Shown piece after piece: positions 1 through 9,409 of a stretch of 64,000 bases of DNA (within the stretch, counting starts at the first letter, position 1; each line of letters begins with the position of its first letter). Origin of the DNA: Promethearchaeota archaeon. GTDB lineage: Archaea; Asgardarchaeota; Lokiarchaeia; Sigyniarchaeales; SOKP01. Both the position numbers and the translations under genes were made by a program. Where the stretch lies: positions 61,997-125,996 of the forward strand of contig RDOA01000001.1 of assembly GCA_011364925.1 (NCBI GenBank), read 5' to 3'. A model generated the notes under the pieces. The model was not told where the DNA came from. It saw nothing but the letters and a program-made list of their open reading frames with translations, and searched no databases.

Positions 1-2
1 TC

Positions 3-344
3 CAAGTAAAGCAGCTTGAATACGTTCAAGCAGCGAAAGTGGGTGGTGCATCACGGTTTATAGTAATGTTTAAACACATATTACCAAACGCAATATCACC
101 AATGTTAGTATCTTTTTTTGGAGGTGCTGCAGTTGCAATTATAGGTTTAGCAGGCCTTGCATTTATCGGATTTGCAGATGATAGTGTCGCAAGCTGGGGT
201 ATTGATATTTTATGGGCTCGAGGAAAGTATACTAATATTAGCGCTGCTATTTTACCGGGAGTGTTTATTGGAATTGCTGCCATCGGCTTTATACTTCTTG
301 GAGATGGATTTCGCGATGCGTTAGATCCACGATTAAAATTATAA
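3..344 (+). CDS. oppC: Oligopeptide/dipeptide-type ABC transporter permease OppC/DppC, C-terminal part (5' end outside window)
   Basis: Frame is open from base 3 (QVKQLEYVQAAKVGGAS..HILPN, EAA-like loop) and ends GDGFRDALDPRL, typical of OppC; paralog at 21059-22054. Confidence 0.9.
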   Translation, partial: QVKQLEYVQAAKVGGASRFIVMFKHILPNAISPMLVSFFGGAAVAIIGLAGLAFIGFADDSVASWGIDILWARGKYTNISAAILPGVFIGIAAIGFILLGDGFRDALDPRLKL

Positions 345-354
345 AAAAGAGGGA

Positions 355-2331
355 TTGAAAGTTTTAAATACATTATATCAGACTGTCTTTGGATTAAATT
401 ACGGAAAAGCATTAATTGAAGCAATTATACTTGTTATTGTTTTATATTTAATTTTAAACTTCATTAATAATCAAATTCCTGAGGATCAACAACTTTTAAA
501 GAAAGTATTTAAGAGAAGGTCAGCAATAATTTGTTTTGCCATATTATTACCGATTATCATTGGCGTTAAATCTATCTTTGAAACCTTATGGGTTTTTAAT
601 TCCACATTTTTGGCGTTCAATAATAATGCTGTCTCGTTCGCAATTATAACTACTCTCTTTTACTTCTTCTCCAAAATACTACTATTAAACGATAAGAGAA
701 TTAGAGCTTCAAGGGAGGTGCATTTAAAGAACCCATTTATCAAAATATTTAAGATATTTATTGTAATAACTTGGATAATTGCCATAATATTTATTTCAAT
801 TCCTCTCTTAGGACTTGAAAGGCTTGAAGGGGAACATCCGGTATTAGTGGATATATTTTACCTTGGATTTATATGGGCGGGTTTTACTGTCGGATGTAAT
901 ACACTTCTCACAATTCTAATTAATAGAATTATTCCAATTAAGTACCGGATTCCTAAGAGACCTTTAAAATATTCCATGTTTGCTGGTGGACTAATCTCAT
1001 TTGGAATTTGGTCAATCCAATTAATTATCGTTGAATTATATTTGAAAAGATTATTTGGAATAACGATCTATAATCAAGACATTAGGATATTAATTTTTGT
1101 TGTTAGCCAACTTTATGGCATCATATTTTACATATCGTGGGATAAGAGATTCATGCCAAAAGCTAAAGAAAGAAGTACTTTAAAACTCCAGAGAGCGTTA
1201 GAATTGGTTGAAGAACAATCCTTAGAAAGTTCTAAATTAACTGGCAATCAGATTATTCTTGATGTAAAAGACCTCACTACGTATTTTTATACAGAAGAGG
1301 GTGTAGTGCGTGCAGTAGAAGATGTTTCTTTTAAAATATATGAAGGTGAAGTTCTTGGTCTTGTAGGCGAAACCGGTTGTGGAAAATCTGTTACCGCATT
1401 ATCGATCGTTCAACTAATTCGTCCTCCAGGAAAAAGAATAAAAGGGAATATCATTTTTAGCGGAGAAGATTTATCTTTAAAATCTGAATCAGAAATGTTG
1501 AAATATCGTGGAAAAGACATTACAATGATTTTTCAAGACCCGCTTAATTCGCTCAATCCAGTTTTTAAAGTAGGTAAACAAATTTCTGAAGTATTTTTAC
1601 TACATATGGAAAACGAAATGCTGGTCGAGACTTCTAAATTTCCTAATAAGAGTTTATATAGCGTTGCTCAGGAATGGAGTATCGCTCTTTTAAAAGATTT
1701 AAATATCCCCTTCCCTGGAATAATTTTTGATAGATATCCCCACGAACTAAGCGGTGGGATGCGACAAAGAGTTCAGATTGCAATGGCATTGGCATGTAGA
1801 CCTAAATTACTAATCGCAGATGAACCGACTACCGCTTTAGATGTTACAATCCAAAATCAAATTCTTAAACTGATGAAAGAACTTCGCAAGAAATACAACA
1901 CTAGTATTTTATATATCACCCACGATTTAGGTCTTATCTCTAAAATGTGTAATCGTGTTGCTGTTATGTACAGTGGATCAATTGTCGAATATGGAGATAT
2001 AAAAAGATTATTAACTAATCCCTATCACCCATATACCCGAGGACTTATTGCTTCTGTTCCAGTAATTGAAAAACAAAAACCAAGGCTAGAAGTTATACCG
2101 GGAACGGTCCCAAATTTAATTTATCCGCCATCGGGATGTAGATTTCATCCTAGATGCAAATATTGTTTCGAACCATGTGATTCAGTAGTTCCAAAACAAA
2201 ATGAGGTTGATAAAGATTATTTTGTAGCGTGTCATCTCTATAATCCAGAATATAAACGTTTAGCAGAAATTTCTATAAAGAATGTAGAAGAACCAAACAC
2301 ATATGCAAATAAAAATGAGGTTATGTCGTAA
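355..2331 (+). CDS. oppD: OppD/DppD-type ABC ATPase fused to an N-terminal ~7-TM membrane domain
   Basis: Walker A GETGCGKS, LSGGMRQ signature, Walker B LLIADEPT, H-loop ITHDL, C-terminal GCRFHPRC..C..VACH; first ~270 aa contain ~7 hydrophobic segments. Confidence 0.9.
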   Translation: MKVLNTLYQTVFGLNYGKALIEAIILVIVLYLILNFINNQIPEDQQLLKKVFKRRSAIICFAILLPIIIGVKSIFETLWVFNSTFLAFNNNAVSFAIITTLFYFFSKILLLNDKRIRASREVHLKNPFIKIFKIFIVITWIIAIIFISIPLLGLERLEGEHPVLVDIFYLGFIWAGFTVGCNTLLTILINRIIPIKYRIPKRPLKYSMFAGGLISFGIWSIQLIIVELYLKRLFGITIYNQDIRILIFVVSQLYGIIFYISWDKRFMPKAKERSTLKLQRALELVEEQSLESSKLTGNQIILDVKDLTTYFYTEEGVVRAVEDVSFKIYEGEVLGLVGETGCGKSVTALSIVQLIRPPGKRIKGNIIFSGEDLSLKSESEMLKYRGKDITMIFQDPLNSLNPVFKVGKQISEVFLLHMENEMLVETSKFPNKSLYSVAQEWSIALLKDLNIPFPGIIFDRYPHELSGGMRQRVQIAMALACRPKLLIADEPTTALDVTIQNQILKLMKELRKKYNTSILYITHDLGLISKMCNRVAVMYSGSIVEYGDIKRLLTNPYHPYTRGLIASVPVIEKQKPRLEVIPGTVPNLIYPPSGCRFHPRCKYCFEPCDSVVPKQNEVDKDYFVACHLYNPEYKRLAEISIKNVEEPNTYANKNEVMS

Positions 2332-2386
2332 TTATGTCTTTCTTAATTAAAATTGTCAATTATTTCAATAAAGTGGGGGAGAAACT

Positions 2387-3685
2387 ATGATTTTTCAACT
2401 GGAAATTATAACATTATTAGTCGCAAAATACATATTTTTTTTTCCTGTAGCTTTTATTATTTCAATCTTTATTATTAGTTGGGATCCACGATCCCAATTA
2501 GTGAGATTAAGGTTCCGTTTATACCTAATATCAGCGTTTAATAGTAATCTTTTTATTTTTATCCCTTTAGGAACAAGTTTCTTAGGAAACATTTGGATGT
2601 ATATAATTATCTACGTATTAATAGCAGCGATTGTTAGTTTTGTTGTTAAACTTATTACGTATAAAATAGTTGGAATTGAAAAATTTGGTCAAATTAAAAC
2701 TCTTGAAAGAAGCAAGAATTTGCTTGAAGTTAAAAATCTTAAGGTGCATTATCCACTTGTAGGGGGAATTTTAAAAAGAAAAATAGGAGCAGTTAAAGCA
2801 GTTGATGGTGTGTCGTTTGATGTAGAGTTTGGGGAAACTCTTGGATTAGTAGGAGAGAGTGGGTGTGGAAAAACAACCATAGCAAAAGCTATATTAGGTT
2901 TACTTGAAAAAACCGAAGGAGAAATAATTTTTCAAGAAAAGGTAATTCCTCGCAAGTTTTCACCTTATTTAAGACAAAAGATTCAAATGATTTTCCAAGA
3001 CCCTGACGCCTCCCTGAATCCCCGTAAAAAAGTTGTTGATATTATAGCCGATCCTCTGAAAAATTTACTTGGTATAACTAATGAAATAGAAATCAGAAAA
3101 AGGGTTTTAGAGTTGTTAGACCAAGTATCGTTAAAGCGAGAACATCTGGATCGTTATCCTCACGAGTTTTCAGGCGGACAAAAGCAAAGAATTGTCATAG
3201 CTAGAGCATTAGCATGCAATCCGGGGTTGATAATTTTAGACGAACCTACTTCTGCTCTTGACGTATCAGTACAAGCGCAAATTCTTAACCTACTTAAAGA
3301 TTTACAGATTGAATATGGCTATGGATTTTTGTTTATTACCCATAATTTAGCTGTGGTCTCCCATGTAGCAGATCGCGTAGCTGTTATGTATCTTGGTAAA
3401 TTTGTGGAAGTTGGAAGTAAAAATCAAATCTTTTCGAATCCAACTCATCCTTACACTAAAGCTCTCCTCGCTTCGCGCAGTACAATCGATCCTTACAACC
3501 AAGAAATCAAATTTGTTATAAAAGGTGAAGTTCCAAGCCCTATTGCTCCACCACCAGGATGCACTTATAATCCACGCTGTGTTTCTGAATTTCGTACAAA
3601 AGATTGTGAATTAAACCTTCCTCATAAGATTAAAATCGACGAAGGTCACTTTATATGGTGTAATAATCCACCAACCTCTAAGTAG
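2387..3685 (+). CDS. oppF: OppF/DppF-type ABC ATPase with N-terminal ~3-TM extension
   Basis: GESGCGKT, FSGGQKQ, IILDEPT, ITHNL, GCTYNPRC; first ~95 aa hydrophobic. Confidence 0.9.
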   Translation: MIFQLEIITLLVAKYIFFFPVAFIISIFIISWDPRSQLVRLRFRLYLISAFNSNLFIFIPLGTSFLGNIWMYIIIYVLIAAIVSFVVKLITYKIVGIEKFGQIKTLERSKNLLEVKNLKVHYPLVGGILKRKIGAVKAVDGVSFDVEFGETLGLVGESGCGKTTIAKAILGLLEKTEGEIIFQEKVIPRKFSPYLRQKIQMIFQDPDASLNPRKKVVDIIADPLKNLLGITNEIEIRKRVLELLDQVSLKREHLDRYPHEFSGGQKQRIVIARALACNPGLIILDEPTSALDVSVQAQILNLLKDLQIEYGYGFLFITHNLAVVSHVADRVAVMYLGKFVEVGSKNQIFSNPTHPYTKALLASRSTIDPYNQEIKFVIKGEVPSPIAPPPGCTYNPRCVSEFRTKDCELNLPHKIKIDEGHFIWCNNPPTSK

Positions 3686-3800
3686 TTAGGAAAATCAATT
3701 GTTAAAAGAGGATTGGTATTAATTATAAGAACAGAGTTTTTAATTGAAAATAACAATCTATAATAAAGTATAAATATTTTATTAGCGATATATATAAATA

Positions 3801-3817
3801 AATTTACTGTGTAAATT
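3801..3817. promoter_or_regulatory. 17-bp palindromic operator AATTTAC-TGT-GTAAATT upstream of the glycyl radical enzyme
   Basis: Perfect 7-3-7 inverted repeat just downstream of TATA-like TATAAATA; same motif family as other sites in 1-28 kb. Confidence 0.6.
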
Positions 3818-3846
3818 TAATTAATAACATACAAAATTGTTGAATT

Positions 3847-6294
3847 ATGGTTGTTCAAGATTTGAAAATGACTCCTCTTCAAGGAATCCCTTCAGAGCGA
3901 GTTAGAAAGATTAGAGATAGAATGCTCTCTATGCCAAGAGAACTTGATCTTGAGCGTGCTCGGTGTTATACGAGAATATACAAACAAATGGAAGATGCTC
4001 CGCCCTGCATGAAAAATGTGAAAGCATTAGAGGAATTTTTACGGTGTCTTCCAATCAGAATTGATGAAGACGAGCTTCTTGTAGGCGTAAAATCTAGTAA
4101 AATCAGAGCTGATCCAATTGAAATAGAACGTGGAATGCGGTCTAAACTTTTAGGTCTAGTCGTGAGCGAATCTATAAATAAACAAGTAAAAGATATGATT
4201 ATTTCAAAAATCTCATTTATTAATCGGTATGTTCCTTTAACAGAAGAAGAACAAGATGAGTTGAGGAATGAGATTCTACCCTTCTGGAAGGGAAGAACTG
4301 TCGCAGATCGAAAGGAAGAAGCCTATAAAGAGGCAGGTTTATATATGCAACAGAAGGGACCTTTGCCCTCAATGCTCCTCGTTAGTTTTGGGAGCGGTAC
4401 TGATATGTTTGCTGGTGCTATGGGTCAAGGACATGTCGTTCCAGGCTATAGACGAGTACTCAAAATGGGCTTTAGAGGTATCGAAAAGATGGCGAAAGAA
4501 GGGCTTGCAAAACTTAAGGAATCGGACGAAAAATTTGACCAACGCAAGGACTTTTATGAATCAGTCATAGTAGCTGCAAACGCCGTCTGTGATTATTCCA
4601 ATCGATACGCTGATCTCGCAATGGAAATGGCAAAAACTGCTTCAGAAACAAGAAAGGCAGAGCTTTTAGATATAGCAGAAAGAATTCGAAGAGTGCCGGC
4701 TTATCCTCCAAGGAGCTTTATGGAAGCACTTCAATCAGTTTGGATGACCAATGTCGTTATGGAAATGAGTTATGGTGAAGGAAACATATTCTCTCAAGGA
4801 CGCGTAGACCAATATCTTTATCCATTTTACGAAGCTGATTTGGCAGAGGGTCGGATTACTTACGAGGAAGCTGTAGAAGCAATTGAGGAATATTTAGTTA
4901 AACTTTCTTCTGTCGTTATAGCTGGACAGAACAATATAACTATCGGAGGATTAGATCATGATGGAAGTGATGCCACGAATGATGTTTCCTATATGTTTCT
5001 TGAAGCTATTTCAAATGTAAAAAGCTTATTAAACACATTATCGATAAGAATTTCTTCCAAGAGTCCCCGTGATTTTTTGAAAAGAACTCTTGAAGCTTTT
5101 AAATATACAGCCGGAATGGGAATTCATAACGATGAGGTGTTAGTGCCACAACTTCACGATACGGGATATTCGTTAGAAGATGCCCGAGATTATTCAATCG
5201 TCGGTTGTGTAGAACCACATGGTACGGGGAACGACTTCTCTTATACTGCAGGTAATGCCGTCCAGATTTCAATTCTTCTTAATATGGCATTAAATGAAGG
5301 GCGTACGATTCTTTCAGGAAAAGAAACCATGGGAGCAAAAACACCCCCAGCCAGTACTTTTAAAACTTTTGAAGATGTGAAGAACGCGTTTGTAGACCAA
5401 CTTAAATTTGCTATAGACCTAACTGTAAGAAAGGCTGAGATAAAAGATAAAACATTTGCTAAGTACTTACCTTCTCCGTTGCTTTCTTCTTCAATAGAAG
5501 GATGTCTCGAAAGCGGAATGGACGCAACTCGAAACGGTGCTAAATATAATAATAACCCAATGGGCTCACAAGGGCTTGGTACTGTGGTAGATTCATTAGC
5601 AGCAATACGTTGGGCAGTATTTGAAGAGAAATTAGTAACCATGGAAGAATTGGTTAACCATATGAATAATAATTTCAAGGGAGCCGAAGAACTTCGCGAA
5701 AAATTACGAAATAAATCACCCAAATATGGAAATGGTGATGAAAGAACCGATGAACTAGGGAGATGGGTAGCAAGTACTTTATGCGATATCACAAGAAAAT
5801 ATAAAGCGAGAGGCGGTGATGGCATATATCATAATTGCCTTGTATCTTCTGGAACTCAGGTTATAGAGGGTAAATCATTAGGTGCAACTGCAGATGGAAG
5901 ATTGAAAGGTGAACCCGTAGCGAACGGTATCTCTCCTTCAAATGGCACTGAAAAGAATGGTCTTACCATGACACTCAAATCCGTAGCTTATGCGACAGCT
6001 GATCCTCATCTAACAAACGGAGCATCATTTAATATTAGACTTAATCCGAGTATACTACAAACTGACGAAGGACTCGATCAATTTACTTCTATAGTAGAAG
6101 CGTATTTAGATTTAGGCGGTCGAGAGCTTCAAATAAATCCAATAAGCTCAGAAACCCTTAGAGACGCGCAAGCTCATCCCGAAAATTATCCCGACTTATC
6201 CGTTAAAGTGACAGGTTACTCTGCCAGATTTATAGATCTAACAAAAGAGCTTCAGGACGATATTATAGCAAGAACAGTATTCAACGAATTATAA
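3847..6294 (+). CDS. Glycyl radical enzyme, PFL2/dehydratase-eliminase type, substrate unknown
   Basis: 815 aa; single-Cys loop IVGCVEP (not the Cys-Cys of true PFL); C-terminal glycyl loop VKVTGYS; GRVDQYLYP and ADGRLKGEP motifs. Confidence 0.9.
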   Translation: MVVQDLKMTPLQGIPSERVRKIRDRMLSMPRELDLERARCYTRIYKQMEDAPPCMKNVKALEEFLRCLPIRIDEDELLVGVKSSKIRADPIEIERGMRSKLLGLVVSESINKQVKDMIISKISFINRYVPLTEEEQDELRNEILPFWKGRTVADRKEEAYKEAGLYMQQKGPLPSMLLVSFGSGTDMFAGAMGQGHVVPGYRRVLKMGFRGIEKMAKEGLAKLKESDEKFDQRKDFYESVIVAANAVCDYSNRYADLAMEMAKTASETRKAELLDIAERIRRVPAYPPRSFMEALQSVWMTNVVMEMSYGEGNIFSQGRVDQYLYPFYEADLAEGRITYEEAVEAIEEYLVKLSSVVIAGQNNITIGGLDHDGSDATNDVSYMFLEAISNVKSLLNTLSIRISSKSPRDFLKRTLEAFKYTAGMGIHNDEVLVPQLHDTGYSLEDARDYSIVGCVEPHGTGNDFSYTAGNAVQISILLNMALNEGRTILSGKETMGAKTPPASTFKTFEDVKNAFVDQLKFAIDLTVRKAEIKDKTFAKYLPSPLLSSSIEGCLESGMDATRNGAKYNNNPMGSQGLGTVVDSLAAIRWAVFEEKLVTMEELVNHMNNNFKGAEELREKLRNKSPKYGNGDERTDELGRWVASTLCDITRKYKARGGDGIYHNCLVSSGTQVIEGKSLGATADGRLKGEPVANGISPSNGTEKNGLTMTLKSVAYATADPHLTNGASFNIRLNPSILQTDEGLDQFTSIVEAYLDLGGRELQINPISSETLRDAQAHPENYPDLSVKVTGYSARFIDLTKELQDDIIARTVFNEL

Positions 6295-6427
6295 ATTCTT
6301 ATTTATCATTCTTTTTATTTTTTAAATTTGATTTTTCTTTCTAGCTTCAATTTTTAAAATTAGTAGAGATTAAGATATTTTTATATAAAAATTAAGAAAA
6401 ACAGAATTTGATTATTGTTCTCTGAAC

Positions 6428-7372
6428 TTATCGAGTTAAACCTGACCACTTAACATTAGTAACGCCTGTTCCTTTAGCAATTTCAACAAAATGTTCCATC
6501 TCCTCCTTTGTCATTAATGGCTCATCTTTTAAAGACCATGACATATCTAATTGTGTATATTTAATATCACAGAGTTTATTAAAGCTCAATAAATCCCATT
6601 TATCCGGGATATTATCTAATTCATTTACAATGAATTCTCCGATTCCTTGAACATTCTCTTCCGTGGCAGTATAGTTTGGAATTAACGGTGTCCTTATCCA
6701 CATAATTTTCTTATTTTCCTGGATATATTTGGACATCCATATAGCATTTTCCAAGATTGCTTTATTTGAAACGCCTGTGAATTGTTTGTGCTTTTCAGGA
6801 TCAATCTCTTTAATATCTAACAACACGATATCAAGGTAGGGTAATAATTCTTGATAGACTTTTTTACTTGAAATTCCGCACGTATCTAAAGCCGTAGTAA
6901 TACCATTTTCCTTGCATAATTTCAAGATTTTCAAGAGAAAATCCGGTTGTAAAGTAGGTTCACCACCAGAAACGGTGATGCCTCCTTTTGCTTTATCAAA
7001 AAATATCTTTTCTTTTTCTATTTCGTGAAAAAGCTCTTTTACATCCCACCATTTTCCATACATGCTTAATGCCGTACTAGGACAAGCTTCCACGCAATCT
7101 CCACAACTAGTACATCGTTCTCTATTAATGTGTAATCCGTCATCTTCAAAAGTCAAGACGTCCTCTTGACAAGCATCTATACAACTATCACATTTAATAC
7201 ATTTACGTTCTGTCCAATAAAGTTGAGGTTTTTTTGGAATTGATTCGGGATTGTGACACCAGACGCAATTTAACAGACAATTATTAAAAAAAATTGTTGT
7301 ACGCACGCCAGGGCCATCGTCAGTGGCCATTCTTTCTATTTTGAAGATTAATCCTCGAGTTGTTGCTTCTAT
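6428..7372 (-). CDS. Glycyl-radical enzyme activating enzyme (radical SAM, ferredoxin-like insertion)
   Basis: DGPGVRT, CLLNCVWCHNPE, two CxxCxxCxxxC motifs, SGGEPTLQ. The conserved N-terminus GLIFKIERM lies upstream of the ATG at 7330, so the start is placed at ATA 7372. Confidence 0.88.
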   Translation of the reverse strand: MEATTRGLIFKIERMATDDGPGVRTTIFFNNCLLNCVWCHNPESIPKKPQLYWTERKCIKCDSCIDACQEDVLTFEDDGLHINRERCTSCGDCVEACPSTALSMYGKWWDVKELFHEIEKEKIFFDKAKGGITVSGGEPTLQPDFLLKILKLCKENGITTALDTCGISSKKVYQELLPYLDIVLLDIKEIDPEKHKQFTGVSNKAILENAIWMSKYIQENKKIMWIRTPLIPNYTATEENVQGIGEFIVNELDNIPDKWDLLSFNKLCDIKYTQLDMSWSLKDEPLMTKEEMEHFVEIAKGTGVTNVKWSGLTR

Positions 7373-7458
7373 CTTAAACCACTTTATCCATCTTGAATTT
7401 ATTTTAAAATGAAAATAAACTTAATTATTAAAATTAAGAAATTTTTAAAAAGATTGTT

Positions 7459-7475
7459 AATAGCTATCGTAAATT
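7459..7475. promoter_or_regulatory. Operator-like site AATAGCTATCGTAAATT next to the activase promoter
   Basis: Partial match to AATAGAC-N3-GTMWATT; flanking 7442-7477 resembles the cassette at 10753-10788. Confidence 0.45.
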
Positions 7476-7502
7476 TATTTTTATTTCGAACAATAATTTA
7501 AT

Positions 7503-9386
7503 CTAAGATATTATTTCTAATTCTTTCAATTTTTCCTCAGTTGGTCTTCCAGTTTCCCAATCCCATCCGCGAATATTATAATATTTCTTCAAATTATCTT
7601 CTAAATCGAGTTTTACATTTTTTAATCTTCCTGATGATAATACTTTCATATTGTGATTGGGTAATCTATCGTCTTTCCTTGAAATTCCTAAATTGCAGCT
7701 AATTAACCGTTTCAAATTATTTATTCGTTCTCCAACCTTCATCAGCGATTTTCGATCGTAATTAAAACCTGTAGCAGCGTTTATATAGCCAAGAATATGT
7801 TCGAATTTGGGGGTTGCAAAATTGCAATTTACTGCCGAATCATCAATAGCCCTAAGGTCTTGAAGATTTACTACACCTTTTTCTCTTCCTGAGGCATCAA
7901 ATCTGTCTTTACTTCTTTTAATGTGGAGAATTCTATCGTTAATTGTTCCTGCTTCCGCTGAATACCAATCGCATTTGTTATGGTTTGCTCCAACGCATCC
8001 AGTCATATAACTTAATGCTTGACCGGCAAACGCTCTAGGTTCATGCATAGGGATTTCTAAACCTTTTACGTGTGCTGCTAATTCAGGATCAACTTCAAAT
8101 TTCAAAGCCATAGCTCTCACGCCTTCTGCAAGAACATCACCGATACCTTCTCGCTGGCTTATTTTTTCAATAAGTTTGCAGACTAGTTCTCCATTTCCCC
8201 ACTTAATATCTTCTACAGGGATTTCGTCCAAAAATTCCTTTATTCTGTTGATTCCTAAACTATTTTCTACTAAATAAGTTAGAAACGCAATTGAGACTCC
8301 ACAAGAAATAGTATCGACGCCAAATTTATTACAAAGATGATTTGCGAGAACTACTGGTTTTGAATCAAAAACTCCACATAAACTACCTAATGCAGCAACA
8401 GATTCATATTCTGGTCCATCGCTTTCAATTTCAATTTCCCCTGTGTTAATGACAGTTGATTTACCGCACTTTATCGTACAACCTGCGCACCCGTAACTGA
8501 ACATGGGATATTCTTCTCTCAGAGTTTTTCCTGTTAAATTCTCGGCAATAAACTCCGTTTCTGTAAAGTAATACCCAGGAGTATCACCATTAACCATCCC
8601 TAGATCGAGATACATATTAGTACCATATAAATTAAAAAGTAGGGATCCTACTTCTCCCATCGGGTTTGCTTCCCTTTCAAGTTGTGCTTGTTTTCTTAAT
8701 GTTTTCCCTAGTTCGTTATCTGCGAGATCAATCTTTTCTTTTCCATGGACTACTAAAGCTTTTAGATTCTTCGAACCCATAAGAGCTCCTAACCCACACC
8801 TACCAACTACTCTCCCTTCATCGTTCAATATAACGCTATATTTAACGAGGTTTTCTCCCCCTGGACCAATACAAGCTATCCGAGTGTTTGGAGCATTTAA
8901 TTCATCTTTAATTAGTTTTTGAGTTTCGTAGCAATCTTTACCCTGAAGTTCTGAAGCATCTTTAAACTCTATTTTTCCATCATGGATATATAAATAACTT
9001 AATTTGTTTAATTTTCCGAAGAGAACAACAGCATCAAATCCACTATTTCTTAAAGCAATGCAAAACAAACCTCCCGAAGAACCTTCACCCCAGATACCCG
9101 TTAAAGGTGATATTCCGCTCACAGTATAACGACCCGAATTGGGGCGAATAGTGCCTGTAATTGGACCAGTAGCAAATATTAAAGGATTAATTTCTGAGTA
9201 AGGATTTCCTCTTAATTTATTGTAATCTTCTTCTGAAAGTAGATCGTACGTTAATTTAGCGCTTAATCCCGTTCCTCCTAAATATTTTTGCGCAGTTTCA
9301 GGACTTAAATCTTTCACTTCAGAAGTTTCTCTGCTTAAATCCACATAAAGGACTTTTCCATTATAACCGTATAATTTATCATTCAT
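7503..9386 (-). CDS. aor: Tungsten-dependent aldehyde:ferredoxin oxidoreductase family protein
   Basis: 627 aa; GYNGKVLYVDLS, SPLTG, GRCGLGALMGSKNLKA, CAGCTIKC, GPEYE, HVKGLE, YYNIRGWD..GRP. Confidence 0.92.
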   Translation of the reverse strand: MNDKLYGYNGKVLYVDLSRETSEVKDLSPETAQKYLGGTGLSAKLTYDLLSEEDYNKLRGNPYSEINPLIFATGPITGTIRPNSGRYTVSGISPLTGIWGEGSSGGLFCIALRNSGFDAVVLFGKLNKLSYLYIHDGKIEFKDASELQGKDCYETQKLIKDELNAPNTRIACIGPGGENLVKYSVILNDEGRVVGRCGLGALMGSKNLKALVVHGKEKIDLADNELGKTLRKQAQLEREANPMGEVGSLLFNLYGTNMYLDLGMVNGDTPGYYFTETEFIAENLTGKTLREEYPMFSYGCAGCTIKCGKSTVINTGEIEIESDGPEYESVAALGSLCGVFDSKPVVLANHLCNKFGVDTISCGVSIAFLTYLVENSLGINRIKEFLDEIPVEDIKWGNGELVCKLIEKISQREGIGDVLAEGVRAMALKFEVDPELAAHVKGLEIPMHEPRAFAGQALSYMTGCVGANHNKCDWYSAEAGTINDRILHIKRSKDRFDASGREKGVVNLQDLRAIDDSAVNCNFATPKFEHILGYINAATGFNYDRKSLMKVGERINNLKRLISCNLGISRKDDRLPNHNMKVLSSGRLKNVKLDLEDNLKKYYNIRGWDWETGRPTEEKLKELEIIS

Positions 9387-9409
9387 TTTTTTAAATCACT
9401 CCAAATATC

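Noticed and set aside
3847-6294. Calling the GRE pyruvate formate-lyase or choline TMA-lyase
   Set aside because: It lacks the Cys-Cys pair of PFL, and the residues after GCVEP do not match CutC as recalled; left unassigned.
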